This document shows positions 39,772 to 58,686 of a DNA stretch of 64,000 nucleotides, piece by piece (positions within the stretch are counted from its first letter, which is position 1; each line of letters opens with the position of its first letter). The notes below the pieces were generated by a model that worked only from the letters and a program-made list of their open reading frames with translations, searched no databases and was not told the DNA's origin. Source of the DNA: an uncultured Methanosarcinaceae archaeon (GTDB lineage Archaea > Halobacteriota > Methanosarcinia > Methanosarcinales > Methanosarcinaceae); assembly GCA_963721455.1 (NCBI GenBank), contig CAVRJG010000064.1, positions 22,582 to 86,581 on the forward strand, written 5' to 3'. The position numbers and the translations under genes were made by a program.

Positions 39772-40687
39772 TTACTATACCCCTTAATTATCCTCTTTCC
39801 TGCTTAATCCTGGGTTTTATGTTCCTGTTCAGAGTTTCATCCTGTTTAAAATCCAGTTTGGTCAGGATCTGGCTTCTTTAGTTTTTATACGTCAATCTCG
39901 GTTTTAATTTATCCTTATTCGGCATTCATATATTCATTAAAATGGATCTCTCTTTGCAAAGAGATTTACCGAGTTTTACAGGATCTTTTAAGGAATTTAA
40001 AGGTTCTCTTTTCCTGTAAAAGCTTGTTCATTTTTCAAGGTTTTTCTCCCTCCGTAGAGCAGCAGTAATAATATTTCGGTTAAGATCTCTACCATCCACA
40101 TATCCGGGCTTTCCATTACTGAAAAATCTTTTTTTTCGTCACATTTCCCCCTGAAGAATTTTCTTCCGGATCTCGCTTATGCTCCAAAGAAGATTTTACT
40201 TCTGAAGGCAGGTTTTCTGCATGTTATCCTGCAGCCTGCTCCGGAATGTCTCCAATCTTACCTCAAAATTGCCTGCAAATATGGATTATATGGTCATACC
40301 TTTTCTTTTAAAAAAGACATTTAAAAATCTGGGTATTCAAAATCTGAGCATTGGAAAAATAATGAAGTAAACTTTAGTAGCTTTTCTAATCTGGCAGTTC
40401 TTCCTTTGCTCTTCAGATTTGCAGCAGTTGTATTTTCAAGTATTTTTCTGTAATGGCTATGTATTATATACTTCCAATCCGGCTTATGTATTATAGTATC
40501 ATCTGCTAATCCGGTTTGTAAGTTCCTGCTGGTTACTACTTATTGAAGCAAGTATCATTTACGGGTGTGATTCTATGTCTCAATTCTTCGATCCAACAAT
40601 GATGAGTTTTCACATTCAAACTAACTTCCTTTTTTCTCCCCTGTAACTGATTCTTCTTTCAGAATTATCCCATTTCTCTACAAAGGT

Positions 40688-40708
40688 TTTATATATTAGA
40701 TGTGCTAT
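40688..40708 (+). promoter_or_regulatory. Probable TATA box of the ribosomal protein operon plus a downstream 16-bp motif
   Basis: AAAGG BRE-like + TTTATATA, overlapping ATATTAGATGTGCTAT. Confidence 0.55.
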
Positions 40709-41001
40709 TTAAAGGCAAAGTACATCCGAGATGGATATTTCATGCACTTTAGTGTTTGAAATTATCTAATCATATCAATGTGATGCTTAATGCTAACTTC
40801 CCGGAAGTTTCCGGGAAATAGGGTTTTCTGCCGTTCTTTACGGTCGATTTCCTGCATTGAAGATAAATCCAGTGAGAAAAGTCGGATCAACATGAGTGTC
40901 AAAGGGCCAATGCTTTGAAACGCCCGCTTTTGGCGCCGTTACGGCGCCTAAAATCGCACGAGACTGTTCAGGTTTTCGATGAGTCGCGGTTGCAGTCACT
41001 G

Positions 41002-41093
41002 AATACTGAAGTTTCAAATCAGGTTACTGAGTTCAAAATCAGGTTACCGAATACTGAAGTTTCAAATCAGATTACTGAATGTTTCAAATCAGG
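41002..41093. repeat. ~20-28 bp imperfect tandem repeat x4 in the rpl3 upstream region
   Basis: TACTGA(A)GTTTCAAATCAG units. Confidence 0.8.
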
Positions 41094-41383
41094 GCCGGAT
41101 GCCTGGATTTGGGTCTGCCAGGATCGTAAAATCGGTCCTTTAAGCGTATGCTCCTGCTAGACAAGCTGGGAAGAGGATCGGATATTTGCAGATACCTGAA
41201 GGAATTAGGGTACCGGGAGCATAAAGCTCTGGTCTGCTCGAGGCAATTCTTGCCAGGCAGGTCTGAAAGTCATCCCTCCCCCACCTGGTAGCGTTCGGGG
41301 AATCCAGTGCGTTTTTCTTTTGCCACTCTAGTTGTGCCGACCGGAGGGGCTGGTATTTCAATTGAAATTTACGGAGTAGAAAT

Positions 41384-42397
41384 ATGGCAAGCATACACCG
41401 ACCAAAACGAGGTTCCCTCGCATTCAGTCCGCGCAAAAGGGCAAAGAGCCACATTCCACGGTTCAGAGCCTGGCCGGAGGCTACAGGTGAACCAAGGTTA
41501 CAGAGTTTTGCAGGGTACAAAGTGGGGATGACCCACGTGATCATGGTTGATGACATAAAGTACAGCCTTACCCAGGGTATGGAAATTTCCGTACCGGTGA
41601 CTGTCATCGAAACTCCTGCAATAAGGGTTGCAGCAATCCGGGCTTACACAGAAGACAGCTCCGGGGAAAAGGCAATCGCGGAGGCATGGGCAGCAGATCT
41701 CGATCCTGAACTCAAGCGCAGGATCCCTGTACCGGCAGCCGAGAACCTGGCCGAAACCCTTGAAACGATTGGAAAACTGATCGACGAAGGCAGGATAAGC
41801 GATATCAAGGCAGTTATCTACACCCTGCCAAAGAGCCTTACCGGTGTCCCTAAAAAGACGCCCGACATCATGGAATCCGGAATCAGCGCCAGGGACCTCA
41901 ACACCAAATTCGAGTACGCAAAGTCGATTCTTGGCACCCTGGTAAGCGTTACCGACGTTTTCAAGACCGGAATACTTGTTGATACAGCCGCAATTACCAT
42001 TGGAAAAGGTACCCAGGGTCCTGTAAAAAGATGGGGCATTCAGCTTCAGAAAGGCAAGCACTCCAGACAGGGCAGCCTCAGGCAGATCGGTACTCTTGGT
42101 CCCTGGCATCCTGCCCACGTTTCCTGGAGAGTTCCCCAGATGGGTCAAATGGGATATCATCAGAGGACTGAGTTCAACAAGCGCATCCTTAAGATCGGGT
42201 CCGACGGAGCAGACATCACTCCTGACGGCGGTTTTATGAACTACGGCCTGGTCCGTGGGGACTATGTGCTGATCAAAGGCAGTGTTCCCGGACCTTCCAA
42301 GAGGCTTATCAGACTCCGAGATCCGATCAGGGCAAAGAAAGCCGACCTTGGCGAACCGAATATCCTTCACATAAGCAGGGAATCCAAGCAGGGGTGA
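41384..42397 (+). CDS. rpl3: 50S ribosomal protein L3
   Basis: [35 protein letters not shown]. Confidence 0.98.
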   Translation: MASIHRPKRGSLAFSPRKRAKSHIPRFRAWPEATGEPRLQSFAGYKVGMTHVIMVDDIKYSLTQGMEISVPVTVIETPAIRVAAIRAYTEDSSGEKAIAEAWAADLDPELKRRIPVPAAENLAETLETIGKLIDEGRISDIKAVIYTLPKSLTGVPKKTPDIMESGISARDLNTKFEYAKSILGTLVSVTDVFKTGILVDTAAITIGKGTQGPVKRWGIQLQKGKHSRQGSLRQIGTLGPWHPAHVSWRVPQMGQMGYHQRTEFNKRILKIGSDGADITPDGGFMNYGLVRGDYVLIKGSVPGPSKRLIRLRDPIRAKKADLGEPNILHISRESKQG

Positions 42398-42403
42398 AGT
42401 AAA

Positions 42404-43410
<1,007 letters not shown>

Positions 43411-43417
43411 GGTGTGA

Positions 43418-44137
<720 letters not shown>

Positions 44138-44152
44138 TGAGGGGTATTCGTT

Positions 44153-44563
44153 ATGGTTAAAAAATCATCATCAAGGTTACCGAAGAGAAAGGGTGAGTTC
44201 ACCTACCGCGGGAAAACCGTCTCAGAACTTCAGGAACTGAGCATTGAAGAGTTTGCAGAACTTCTGCCTTCAAGAGAGCGCAGGAGCATCAAACGCGGGT
44301 TCACAGACGGGCAGAAAAAAGTTCTGCACGAGTTCAAGGAAGGAAAGAATGTCAGGACTCACCACAGAGACCTGATCATCCTTCCAGAAATGATCGGGCA
44401 GACTATTGAAATCCACAATGGAAAACAATTTATAAGTGTGGAACTTCAGCCTGAAATGATCGGACACCGCTTCGGAGAATTTGCACCCACAAGATCAAAG
44501 GTTTCACACGGCAGTGCCGGCGTGGGAGCAACCCGTTCAAGCAGGTTCGTGCCGCTGAAATGA
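44153..44563 (+). CDS. rps19: 30S ribosomal protein S19
   Basis: [20 protein letters not shown]. Confidence 0.97.
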   Translation: MVKKSSSRLPKRKGEFTYRGKTVSELQELSIEEFAELLPSRERRSIKRGFTDGQKKVLHEFKEGKNVRTHHRDLIILPEMIGQTIEIHNGKQFISVELQPEMIGHRFGEFAPTRSKVSHGSAGVGATRSSRFVPLK

Positions 44564-44568
44564 GGTGA

Positions 44569-45030
44569 ATGGGAATGGCAAGAATTGATTATTCAGTTAA
44601 TGGAGATCCCGAGATCACCTCTAAGGCGATGGGTTCTGAACTTCACATTTCCCCTAAAAAGTCCCGTGAGATCTGTTGCAAAATCAAAGGCATGAAAGCT
44701 GCTGAAGCAAGGAAGTATCTGGAAGACGTAATTGCCCTTAAAAAGGCAGTACCCTTCAAGAGACACCATGAAGGCACAGGGCACAGGAAAGGTCCGATGG
44801 CTGCAGGCAGATACCCTGTCGGTGCATCAAAGGAGATCCTCAAAGTCCTGAAAAACGCGGAAAGCAATGCCGAGTATAAAGGCCTTGAACCCGCAAACAT
44901 GTATATTACCCATGTTGCTATTCAGCGCGGAAGGGTAATTCACGGGTTTATGCCGAGAGCCAGAGGACGGGCTACTCCCAAAGACACGGAAACTGTAAAT
45001 ATCGAGATGATTCTTTCCGAGGTGCGCTAA
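44569..45030 (+). CDS. rpl22: 50S ribosomal protein L22
   Basis: [19 protein letters not shown]; start 44569 or 44575. Confidence 0.97.
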   Translation: MGMARIDYSVNGDPEITSKAMGSELHISPKKSREICCKIKGMKAAEARKYLEDVIALKKAVPFKRHHEGTGHRKGPMAAGRYPVGASKEILKVLKNAESNAEYKGLEPANMYITHVAIQRGRVIHGFMPRARGRATPKDTETVNIEMILSEVR

Positions 45031-47211
<2,181 letters not shown>

Positions 47212-47221
47212 GGTGGCGACT

Positions 47222-47572
47222 ATGGTATCAAAACAGCCAAGAAAGCAGAGAAAAGCAAGATACAATGCGCCTCTGCACATCAGACAAAAATTCATGGGTG
47301 CAAGGCTCAGTGAAGTACTCTCCAAGGAGTACGGTACAAGAAGCGCTGCAGTTATCACGGGAGACACCGTGAAGGTTATGCGTGGAGATTTTAAGGGCAC
47401 TGAAGGAAAGGTCCAGACCGTTTCTCTTCGGGACAGCACAATTTCCGTGGACGGAGTAATTTCCACCAAGGTGGACGGCACCGAAGTCCCAAGACCCATT
47501 TATCCCTCCAACGTTATGATCACAAAACTTGAACTGAAAGACGGGCGCAGAGCATCAAGCATTAAGAAGTGA
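47222..47572 (+). CDS. rpl24: 50S ribosomal protein L24
   Basis: [22 protein letters not shown]; ATG after GAGGTG RBS. Confidence 0.96.
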   Translation: MVSKQPRKQRKARYNAPLHIRQKFMGARLSEVLSKEYGTRSAAVITGDTVKVMRGDFKGTEGKVQTVSLRDSTISVDGVISTKVDGTEVPRPIYPSNVMITKLELKDGRRASSIKK

Positions 47573-47585
47573 GGCAGGTGATTTT

Positions 47586-48293
47586 GTGACACACCAGAAA
47601 AGATTATCAATCCCAAGAAGCTGGAAGGTCGGGAGAAAAGGTTATAAGTGGGTCTCCACCACCCGCCCGGGAACTCACAGCCAGGCACGCAGTCTTCCGC
47701 TCGGAATCATAATCCGGGACATTCTCAAGCTTGTGAATAACAGCAGGGAAGGTAAAAGGATCCTCTCGGAAGGTAAGGTTCTTGTGGATGGAATTCCCAG
47801 GAAAGACCTGAGATTTCCGGTAGGGCTCTTTGATGTAATTACACTCCCGCTCGTAAACGAAGCATACAGGATGCTTCAGGACGACAAGGGGCGTCTTACA
47901 CTCCACAAATTGAATGAAACACAGGTGAACAAGCTGTGCAGAATTAACAACAAGGTTACCCTCAAGGGAGGAAAAGTGCAGCTTAACCTGAGCGACGGAA
48001 CCAACATTCTTGGCTCTAACGAGTACGGGACAAAGGACTCTCTGATTCTCTCAGTTCCTGACAAACAGGTCGTAAAACACCTTGAGTTCAAGGTTGGCAA
48101 CCTGGCAATGATAGTAGGCGGCCAGCACTCAGGAGAAATCGGAAAGATCACGGAGATCAAGGAAGTTAAGAGTTCCAGGCATAATATGGTCGCGATTTCC
48201 GGGGAAAAGGATTTCGAAACAATCGAAGATTACGTTATTGTGATCGGAGAGGACAAACCTGAGATTCGGCTGGGTGGTGAGCTAAGTGAGTAA
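47586..48293 (+). CDS. rps4e: 30S ribosomal protein S4e
   Basis: [29 protein letters not shown]. Confidence 0.97.
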   Translation: MTHQKRLSIPRSWKVGRKGYKWVSTTRPGTHSQARSLPLGIIIRDILKLVNNSREGKRILSEGKVLVDGIPRKDLRFPVGLFDVITLPLVNEAYRMLQDDKGRLTLHKLNETQVNKLCRINNKVTLKGGKVQLNLSDGTNILGSNEYGTKDSLILSVPDKQVVKHLEFKVGNLAMIVGGQHSGEIGKITEIKEVKSSRHNMVAISGEKDFETIEDYVIVIGEDKPEIRLGGELSE

Positions 48294-48795
48294 TTCCATG
48301 CGCACTCCAGTCGTTGAGAAGGTAATTGTTCACATGGGTGTTGGAGAAAGTGGCCAGCACCTTGTAAACGCTGAAGAAATCCTCAAGACCGTCACCGGGC
48401 AGGGAGTTGTAAGGTGCTTTGCCAAGAGGACTCTCCCGGCTTTTGCGATCAAGAAGGGCGAACCCATAGGCTGCAAGGTAACTCTGAGAGGCCAGAGGGC
48501 CCAGAAGTTCATTGAGATCGCATTAGGTATCGTTGAAAAAACTCTGGCTAGATCCCAGTTCGATTCTCTCGGAAACGTCTCTTTCGGAATTGAAGAACAC
48601 ACCGACTTCCCGGGCATGAGATATGACCCGAATATCGGGGTTTTCGGAATGGACGTAACAGTTGTGATCAAGCGCCCTGGAGAAAGAATCTGCAAGAGGA
48701 GAATTGCAACCAGGAAGATCCCGGCCAACCACAGGGTTACAGTTGAGGATGCGATTGTCTTCCTTAACGAAAGCTATGGCGTGGAGGTCATGTAA
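48286..48795 (+). CDS. rpl5: 50S ribosomal protein L5
   Basis: [25 protein letters not shown]. Confidence 0.97.
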   Translation: MSNSMRTPVVEKVIVHMGVGESGQHLVNAEEILKTVTGQGVVRCFAKRTLPAFAIKKGEPIGCKVTLRGQRAQKFIEIALGIVEKTLARSQFDSLGNVSFGIEEHTDFPGMRYDPNIGVFGMDVTVVIKRPGERICKRRIATRKIPANHRVTVEDAIVFLNESYGVEVM

Positions 48796-49351
<556 letters not shown>

Positions 49352-49365
49352 GGAGGGAACAGGAA

Positions 49366-51346
<1,981 letters not shown>

Positions 51347-51355
51347 GGTGATTAA

Positions 51356-52881
<1,526 letters not shown>

Positions 52882-53023
52882 GTAGTGTCATTCTGACATT
52901 ACTTATTTTTATTCTTTTGGTAACTTTTTCATATTAGATGTGCTATATACCACTATCTTATGGTAAATCATAATCTAATATTTTATATAGTGTGAATATA
53001 TTATATTTTGAATGGTGTAATCG

Positions 53024-54502
53024 ATGACTCTCAGGGATACGTTAGAACCGTTTTTTAACAAGTTACCTGCAGTAGCAAGTCCGGAAAAACACGTCCACTT
53101 TAAGGATAAACTCTGGTGGACTCTGGGAATTCTGGTGCTGTACTTTGCTCTGGCAAATGTGCCGCTTTTTGGGATGTCCAAGGACTCTGTTGACCTTTTT
53201 GAATCTTACCGTGCCTTCTTTGCCGGGGCTTCAGGCTCTTTAGTTCTTCTCGGTATCGGACCAATTGTCACGGCTTCGATCGTCCTGCAGCTTCTTGTTG
53301 GGGCAGATATTATCAAAATGGACCTGTCGGACCCTAAAGATCAGGCATTTTTCCAGGGAGCCCAGAAGTTCCTTGTGTTTGTCATGATCATACTGGAGGC
53401 TCTGCCGCAGCTCCTTGGTGGATATATCCAGCCAGATCCAGGGCTTGCTTCTGCTCTCGGTGTAGGCCTGGGAGTAATCACCTTCATGCTCATGATTCAG
53501 ATCTTTATTGGGGGCGCACTGATCCTTTTCATGGATGAAGTGGTTTCCAAGTGGGGTATCGGGTCAGGAGTCGGGCTTTTCATTGTTGCGGGGATCTCCC
53601 AGCAGATCGTTACAGGGATCTTTAATTGGCTGCCTGACGAAGGAGGGCTTCCGATCGGGCTGATTCCAAAGTGGATCTATATCGTCCAGAATGTTGGGGC
53701 AGATTACCTCTTCTCAGGTGAGGGCCTGATGTTTATACTGGTCAGAGGAGGAATTCTGGCACTGCTGAGCACGGTTGTTATCTTTCTGCTTGTGGTATTC
53801 GTGGAGAGTACGAGGATTGAAATCCCACTTGCCCACAGTGCAGTGAGAGGGGCAAGGGGCCGCTTCCCCGTAAAGCTCATATATTCCTCAGTCCTGCCGA
53901 TGATTCTTGTCAGGGCTCTTCAGGCTAATATCCAGATGATAGGGATTCTCCTCTCCAGCCGGGGAATCAACTTCCTTGGAGAGTTCAAAGGATCGACGCC
54001 TGTTAATGGAATCATGTACTACCTTGCCCCAATAAACAGCCCCTATGACTGGATTCCGTCCCTCGTGCGGGAGTCCTTTGCAGGCTATGGGGTTGCAGCT
54101 CCAGCTATATGGCAGATTGCGCTTCACGTCTTTGCAGATGCTTTTATGCTTATAGTAGGCGGAATTATCTTCGCTCTCTTCTGGATAGAAACCACAGGCA
54201 TGGGTGCGAAGCCTACAGCCCAGAAGATATTCAATTCCGGGATGCAGATTCCTGGTTTCAGGCGAAACATCGGCAGTATTGAAAAAGTTATGCAGCGCTA
54301 TATTCCAAAAGTTACCGTAATAGGTGGGGCTTTCATAGGGATTCTTACCCTGATTGCAAGTCTGCTCGGTACCCTTGGAAGTGCCGGGGGTACTGGGCTG
54401 CTGTTGACTGTGAGTATCGTGTATCGTCTGTATGAGGATATCGCATCCGAGCAGATGATGGAGATGCACCCGCTGATGCGTTCCTTCTTCGGGGAGCAGT
54501 AA
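53024..54502 (+). CDS. secY: Preprotein translocase subunit SecY
   Basis: LGIGPIVTASIVLQLL, SKWGIGSGVGLFI, MQIPGFR, GTGLLLTV. Confidence 0.98.
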   Translation: MTLRDTLEPFFNKLPAVASPEKHVHFKDKLWWTLGILVLYFALANVPLFGMSKDSVDLFESYRAFFAGASGSLVLLGIGPIVTASIVLQLLVGADIIKMDLSDPKDQAFFQGAQKFLVFVMIILEALPQLLGGYIQPDPGLASALGVGLGVITFMLMIQIFIGGALILFMDEVVSKWGIGSGVGLFIVAGISQQIVTGIFNWLPDEGGLPIGLIPKWIYIVQNVGADYLFSGEGLMFILVRGGILALLSTVVIFLLVVFVESTRIEIPLAHSAVRGARGRFPVKLIYSSVLPMILVRALQANIQMIGILLSSRGINFLGEFKGSTPVNGIMYYLAPINSPYDWIPSLVRESFAGYGVAAPAIWQIALHVFADAFMLIVGGIIFALFWIETTGMGAKPTAQKIFNSGMQIPGFRRNIGSIEKVMQRYIPKVTVIGGAFIGILTLIASLLGTLGSAGGTGLLLTVSIVYRLYEDIASEQMMEMHPLMRSFFGEQ

Positions 54503-54587
54503 GGGTTCCTTTTAACATGCAGCAAGGAACCGAATCTAGCAGAATGGAAAAAATCAAAATAAAGGATACAACAACAGGGATCTTCGA

Positions 54588-55235
54588 ATGAATATAATAC
54601 TCTTCGGGCCACCGGGTGCCGGAAAAGGTACCCAGGCCAAAAAAATGGTTGATTTCTACGGAATCCCGCAGATCTCCACAGGGGATATCCTGCGGGCAAA
54701 TGTCAGAGAAGGAACTGAGTTGGGACTTGCAGCCAAGTCATATATGGACAAAGGAGATCTTGTTCCTGATGAGGTGCTTATAGGGATCATTAAGAACCGC
54801 CTGAAAGAACAGGACTGCAAAAAGGGTTTCATTCTTGACGGTTATCCGAGGACTGTCCCTCAGGCAGACGCTCTTGCAGTCATCCTGGATGAGATCGAAA
54901 AACCCATAGATGTTGTTCTCAACTTCAAAGTGTCTGACAAAGAGCTGGTCGAAAGGATAAGCAGTCGCCTTATGTGCAACTGCGGTGCGAGCTACCACAG
55001 GACTCTTAACCCGCCGAAAAAAGAAGGTGTCTGCGACATTTGCGGGGGTGAGGTTTTCCAGCGTGCCGACGACAAAGAGGAGGCCGTACAGAACCGCCTC
55101 AAAGTTTATAAAAAGCAGACTCAACCCCTCATTAATTACTATGAAAATCAGGGTATTCTTATTACTCTTGACGGCATGAAGGATATAGATGAGGTTTTTG
55201 AAGATATCAAGGCAGTTCTTGTAAAATTTGCCTGA
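54588..55235 (+). CDS. adk: Adenylate kinase (bacterial-type, Zn-lid)
   Basis: GPPGAGKGTQA, STGDILR, LDGYPRT, CNC..CDIC lid. Confidence 0.96.
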   Translation: MNIILFGPPGAGKGTQAKKMVDFYGIPQISTGDILRANVREGTELGLAAKSYMDKGDLVPDEVLIGIIKNRLKEQDCKKGFILDGYPRTVPQADALAVILDEIEKPIDVVLNFKVSDKELVERISSRLMCNCGASYHRTLNPPKKEGVCDICGGEVFQRADDKEEAVQNRLKVYKKQTQPLINYYENQGILITLDGMKDIDEVFEDIKAVLVKFA

Positions 55236-55245
55236 AATCTTCCCA

Positions 55246-55290
55246 TTTTTCTTTCTTTTCTTTTATTGACTTTTCATTTGATTTTTTCGC
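55246..55290 (+). terminator. Oligo-T terminator region after adk
   Basis: Repeated T tracts directly after the stop codon. Confidence 0.55.
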
Positions 55291-55409
55291 TCAATTATTT
55301 TGTAGGAAGTCTCGGCTTCTTTTTTTCATTCGATTCAAATAATTAATATTTAAATATTATGCGGCTGTTTATGTCATCAAGAACTATACGACGGAGAATC
55401 TGAATTAAT

Positions 55410-55688
55410 ATGACTGAAAGCTCAATCGATGAACTACTTAACTGGGTTATCAGTGTTGACCGCCGTTTGATTCTGATGGAGTCCATGAAAAAGCATACCT
55501 TTGTCCGGGCTTCGGATATTGCCCATGAGGCAAGCAGATCCACGCAGAATATCAGTCATGCTTTAAAGGAACTTGAGATCAAAGGCTTAATTCACTGTTT
55601 AACCCCTGAAAAAACAACCTGGAAAAAGTATACCCTGACAGATTCAGGAAAGCAGGTTCTGGAAAAACTGGGTGAGAAATCTCTTTAA
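55410..55688 (+). CDS. Small winged-HTH transcriptional regulator
   Basis: RASDIAHEASRSTQNISHALKELE..YTLTDSG. Confidence 0.8.
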   Translation: MTESSIDELLNWVISVDRRLILMESMKKHTFVRASDIAHEASRSTQNISHALKELEIKGLIHCLTPEKTTWKKYTLTDSGKQVLEKLGEKSL

Positions 55689-55711
55689 TTAACCGAAATT
55701 AAGGAGATTTG

Positions 55712-56326
55712 TTACTCCGGACTTTCAAGGCCCTCAGTCTCCCCTGTGTCGCTTTCCTGCAATATGCTTAAAGGCACAATTTCGCCCTCAAGCTGCTGGT
55801 CTTTATATCCTTCCACCAGGTCAATGTTTGCTCTGACAACGGATTTTTTAAACTCTGTAAGGTCTGCCGTGATATCTTCAAGGACGCTTGCAGTTTTCTG
55901 GCTGGTAATGACGGCTCCGTCAGGCACCACTTTATGCGGGAGGATTTCGACTCCGCGAACGATAGACCTGTGGAGGACCAGGGTATCTTTTCCTATGCTG
56001 CAGTCAAATACTACGGCTCCGAATCCGACAAAGCAGCTTTCTCCTATCTCGCAGGGGCCATGCACGATGCACCCGTGCGCAAGAGACGTGTTGTTACCTA
56101 TCCTCACTTCCGAGTTGGAAAGGGAGTGAACCACCACATTATCCTGCACATTGCAGCCGCTGCGGATAACTATTGAAGATCCCGGTTCGTCTGCCCTGAT
56201 CACAGCGTTTGGCCCGACAAATACATTCTCCTCGATAGTTACATTTCCGATTATCAGTGCAGTCTCGAATACCCAGGCTTTATTGCTTATTTTAGGGAAC
56301 TGTCCATGGGGGTTTGGAAGATGCAT
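55712..56326 (-). CDS. camH: Gamma-class carbonic anhydrase (CamH type, no signal peptide)
   Basis: IRADE, NVQDNVVVH, LAHGCIVHG; hexapeptide repeats. Confidence 0.85.
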   Translation of the reverse strand: MHLPNPHGQFPKISNKAWVFETALIIGNVTIEENVFVGPNAVIRADEPGSSIVIRSGCNVQDNVVVHSLSNSEVRIGNNTSLAHGCIVHGPCEIGESCFVGFGAVVFDCSIGKDTLVLHRSIVRGVEILPHKVVPDGAVITSQKTASVLEDITADLTEFKKSVVRANIDLVEGYKDQQLEGEIVPLSILQESDTGETEGLESPE

Positions 56327-56468
56327 ATTTTAAATTCCTCTATTGCCTGCAGGTATAAGTTCATTTTTCCGGCCTTTCAGGCAGTAATACATATTATGAT
56401 AAATTATGAGAACATATTTAAATATATTTTCTTATTTTTTATCACAAGATCCCCTCTTGATACACTTT

Positions 56469-56668
56469 CCTAGTTGCGCCTCCCGAGTTCCGCTTCGGGA
56501 GCACGGGGTCCTTCTCGCTTCGCTCGAGAGGACTAATTTATAAAGTTACAGCTTTTCCGCCCGAGTTCCGCTTCGGGAGCACAGGAAATTTGAGATTTTC
56601 CGGGAGTTGCGATCGAATCGCAACAGCACGGTGTCCGTTTCACTCGCTCTGCTCGTTCAAGCGGACTA
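56469..56668 (+). repeat. Dispersed hairpin repeat family A, two tandem copies (56469-56535, 56558-56668)
   Basis: CCCGAGTTCCGCTTCGGGAGCAC x2; GTCCT..AGGACTA and GTCCG..CGGACTA ends; internal module near-identical to 32805-32850. Confidence 0.85.
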
Positions 56669-57109
56669 ATTTCTAAAATTTCAGTTTTTCTGTGGCCGTC
56701 AGTGTTCTGCGGGGTTACATAACCTGAAGCGGTTTTGTCCGGAAAATTTAGTTTTTGGCTATAAACATCTTTATAACCGGCCGGGCGCATAATGTCATTT
56801 AATAAGGTCAACAGTTAAAGGTCAGTAAGTTGGGGGACTGACTGAAATCTGGATGATAAGATGCTTACTTTTGTCTGCCGCGGGTTTCTGCATGTTCCGG
56901 GCCATGCCCAACCTGAATTTAATCGAATAGTATAAGTTATATATACATCAACACTTATTTACCAGAATAATCTGCGTAATCATTTAAAACCGGCTCCGTA
57001 ATCTGAGCTGATTTATTAATACTTTAAGCTTGTCAAGATTGTATTTATCAGGATTTTTCTATGTTTGAATATCTCAGAATAATTATTGAACCTGAATGGT
57101 GAGAATAAC

Positions 57110-57730
57110 TTGGTTTCAGAAACATTAAAAAAGCAAATGGACAGGTTCCTGCTGGCTCTCGGTTTTTCCCTTATGATCGGGATAATGGTTCTGGGAGAGA
57201 ACTTCAGGAATTCTGTCGGGAAAGCAGTCGGGGTTTTTATGAATCCCGTACTTGCTCTGGTCGGACAGGAGAATTTCCATCTGATCCTTTTAATAATGGC
57301 GGCTATCACTGCTATCTATGCATCCCTTATCCAGAAGTACACAATCGACTGGGAACTCATGAGGAATACCCAGGATCGCATGAAGGTCTTCCAGAAGGAA
57401 TTCAGGGAGGCACAGCTTTCCCAGAATACCTATATGCTGAAAAAGCTTGAAGATCAGCGCAAGGAGATGATGGAAGACCAGATGAAAATGTCCAAGCAGC
57501 AGTTCAAGCCCATGGCTTATATCAGTATCATTTCCCTTCCGCTCTTTATGTGGGCTTACTATTACATTAGTGGGCATGGGTCTGCTACTATGGTTTTTCC
57601 CTTTTGGGGAGAACAGTTGCTTACGTCTAAGGCTTTTGGTCCCTTCCAGCACTGGATATACTGGTACTTTATCTCTTCTCTCGGAGTCAGCCAGCTTATC
57701 AGAAAGGCTTTGAATATCGGTGGGGTCTGA
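57110..57730 (+). CDS. DUF106 / Oxa1-superfamily (EMC3/TMCO1-like) membrane protein
   Basis: TM-coiled coil-QFKPM..WIYWYFISS; conserved position between adk and cmk; TTG after GGTGAG. Confidence 0.9.
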   Translation: MVSETLKKQMDRFLLALGFSLMIGIMVLGENFRNSVGKAVGVFMNPVLALVGQENFHLILLIMAAITAIYASLIQKYTIDWELMRNTQDRMKVFQKEFREAQLSQNTYMLKKLEDQRKEMMEDQMKMSKQQFKPMAYISIISLPLFMWAYYYISGHGSATMVFPFWGEQLLTSKAFGPFQHWIYWYFISSLGVSQLIRKALNIGGV

Positions 57731-58272
57731 TGCAGATAACAGTAAGCGGGCTTCCGGGGAGTGGAACAACAACAACTTCAAGACTTCTTGCTGAGTACTA
57801 TGAACTTGAATTAATTTCCTCGGGTGAAGTTTTCAGGAGGATAGCCAGGGAAAAGGGAATGAGTCTTGCGGAATTCGGAGCTATGGCTGAAAAAGATCCC
57901 TCAATTGACCTGGCTCTCGATAAAAACCAGAGAGCTATCATCTGCAGTCAGGATAATCTCATTCTCGAAAGCAGGCTTGCAGGCCATATGGCTAAAGATG
58001 TCCCGAATGTGCTTAAAATCTGGATAAAGGCCCCATTACCTGTCCGGGTGAAACGTATTCACAGACGGGAAAAATCTGGGTCTTTTGACGAAGAACTTGA
58101 AAAAACGGTCCAGAGGGAAAAATCCGAAGCTCTCCGTTATATGAGTTATTACAAGATTGATATTGGAGATCTCTCTATTTACGACATTGTTATTGATTCT
58201 GAAAAATGGAACCAGTACCAGATTCTTGATATTTTAAGGGTTGCTATCGATTCCCTTTTAGGGCCGGAATAA
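57730..58272 (+). CDS. cmk: Cytidylate kinase
   Basis: ITVSGLPGSGTTT, ESRLAG, YDIVIDS. Confidence 0.93.
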   Translation: MQITVSGLPGSGTTTTSRLLAEYYELELISSGEVFRRIAREKGMSLAEFGAMAEKDPSIDLALDKNQRAIICSQDNLILESRLAGHMAKDVPNVLKIWIKAPLPVRVKRIHRREKSGSFDEELEKTVQREKSEALRYMSYYKIDIGDLSIYDIVIDSEKWNQYQILDILRVAIDSLLGPE

Positions 58273-58327
58273 TTTCCCGCAATGCCTGTCAAAGGCTGGG
58301 TTTTTATACTAAGCGTGGAGTTTTATC

Positions 58328-58430
58328 TGCCGGAACTCGGGGTATACTGCCCTATTTAATCGGAAGTATCCGGTTATAAGGGCGTCCTGTTGCTTCATGA
58401 GGGCATACGGCACTCACCTGATCCGGCATA
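58328..58430 (+). ncRNA. Candidate ~100-nt structured ncRNA upstream of cbf5
   Basis: TTTTTATA at 58301-58308; closing stem TGCCGGA/TCCGGCA enclosing two hairpins. Confidence 0.45.
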
Positions 58431-58504
58431 AGGTTATTTATCGTAAGTCTCTCGGTGTATCTGATATTCTCTTAACCTGTTTCCGGAATTTCCTAAGATT
58501 TCCG

Positions 58505-58645
58505 GTTTGTTACGTTTTATATGTTTGTTACGGATTATACTATATAGTGCATTTACATTTACGGGATTATACTATATAGTGCATTTACGCACTCACTTCG
58601 ATCTACACATTCACTTATACCACACATTCACTTCGATCTACAAAT
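58505..58645. repeat. Short direct duplications
   Basis: GGATTATACTATATAGTGCATTTAC x2 and TCACTTCGATCTACA x2. Confidence 0.75.
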
Positions 58646-58686
58646 TCAGTTATATATGCATTCAACTCAGGAGCTTTTGAAAAACC

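Noticed and set aside
56770-56920. Possible C/D-box sRNA upstream of DUF106
   Set aside because: There is a terminal CTGA and short stems, but no good RUGAUGA box and no identifiable target
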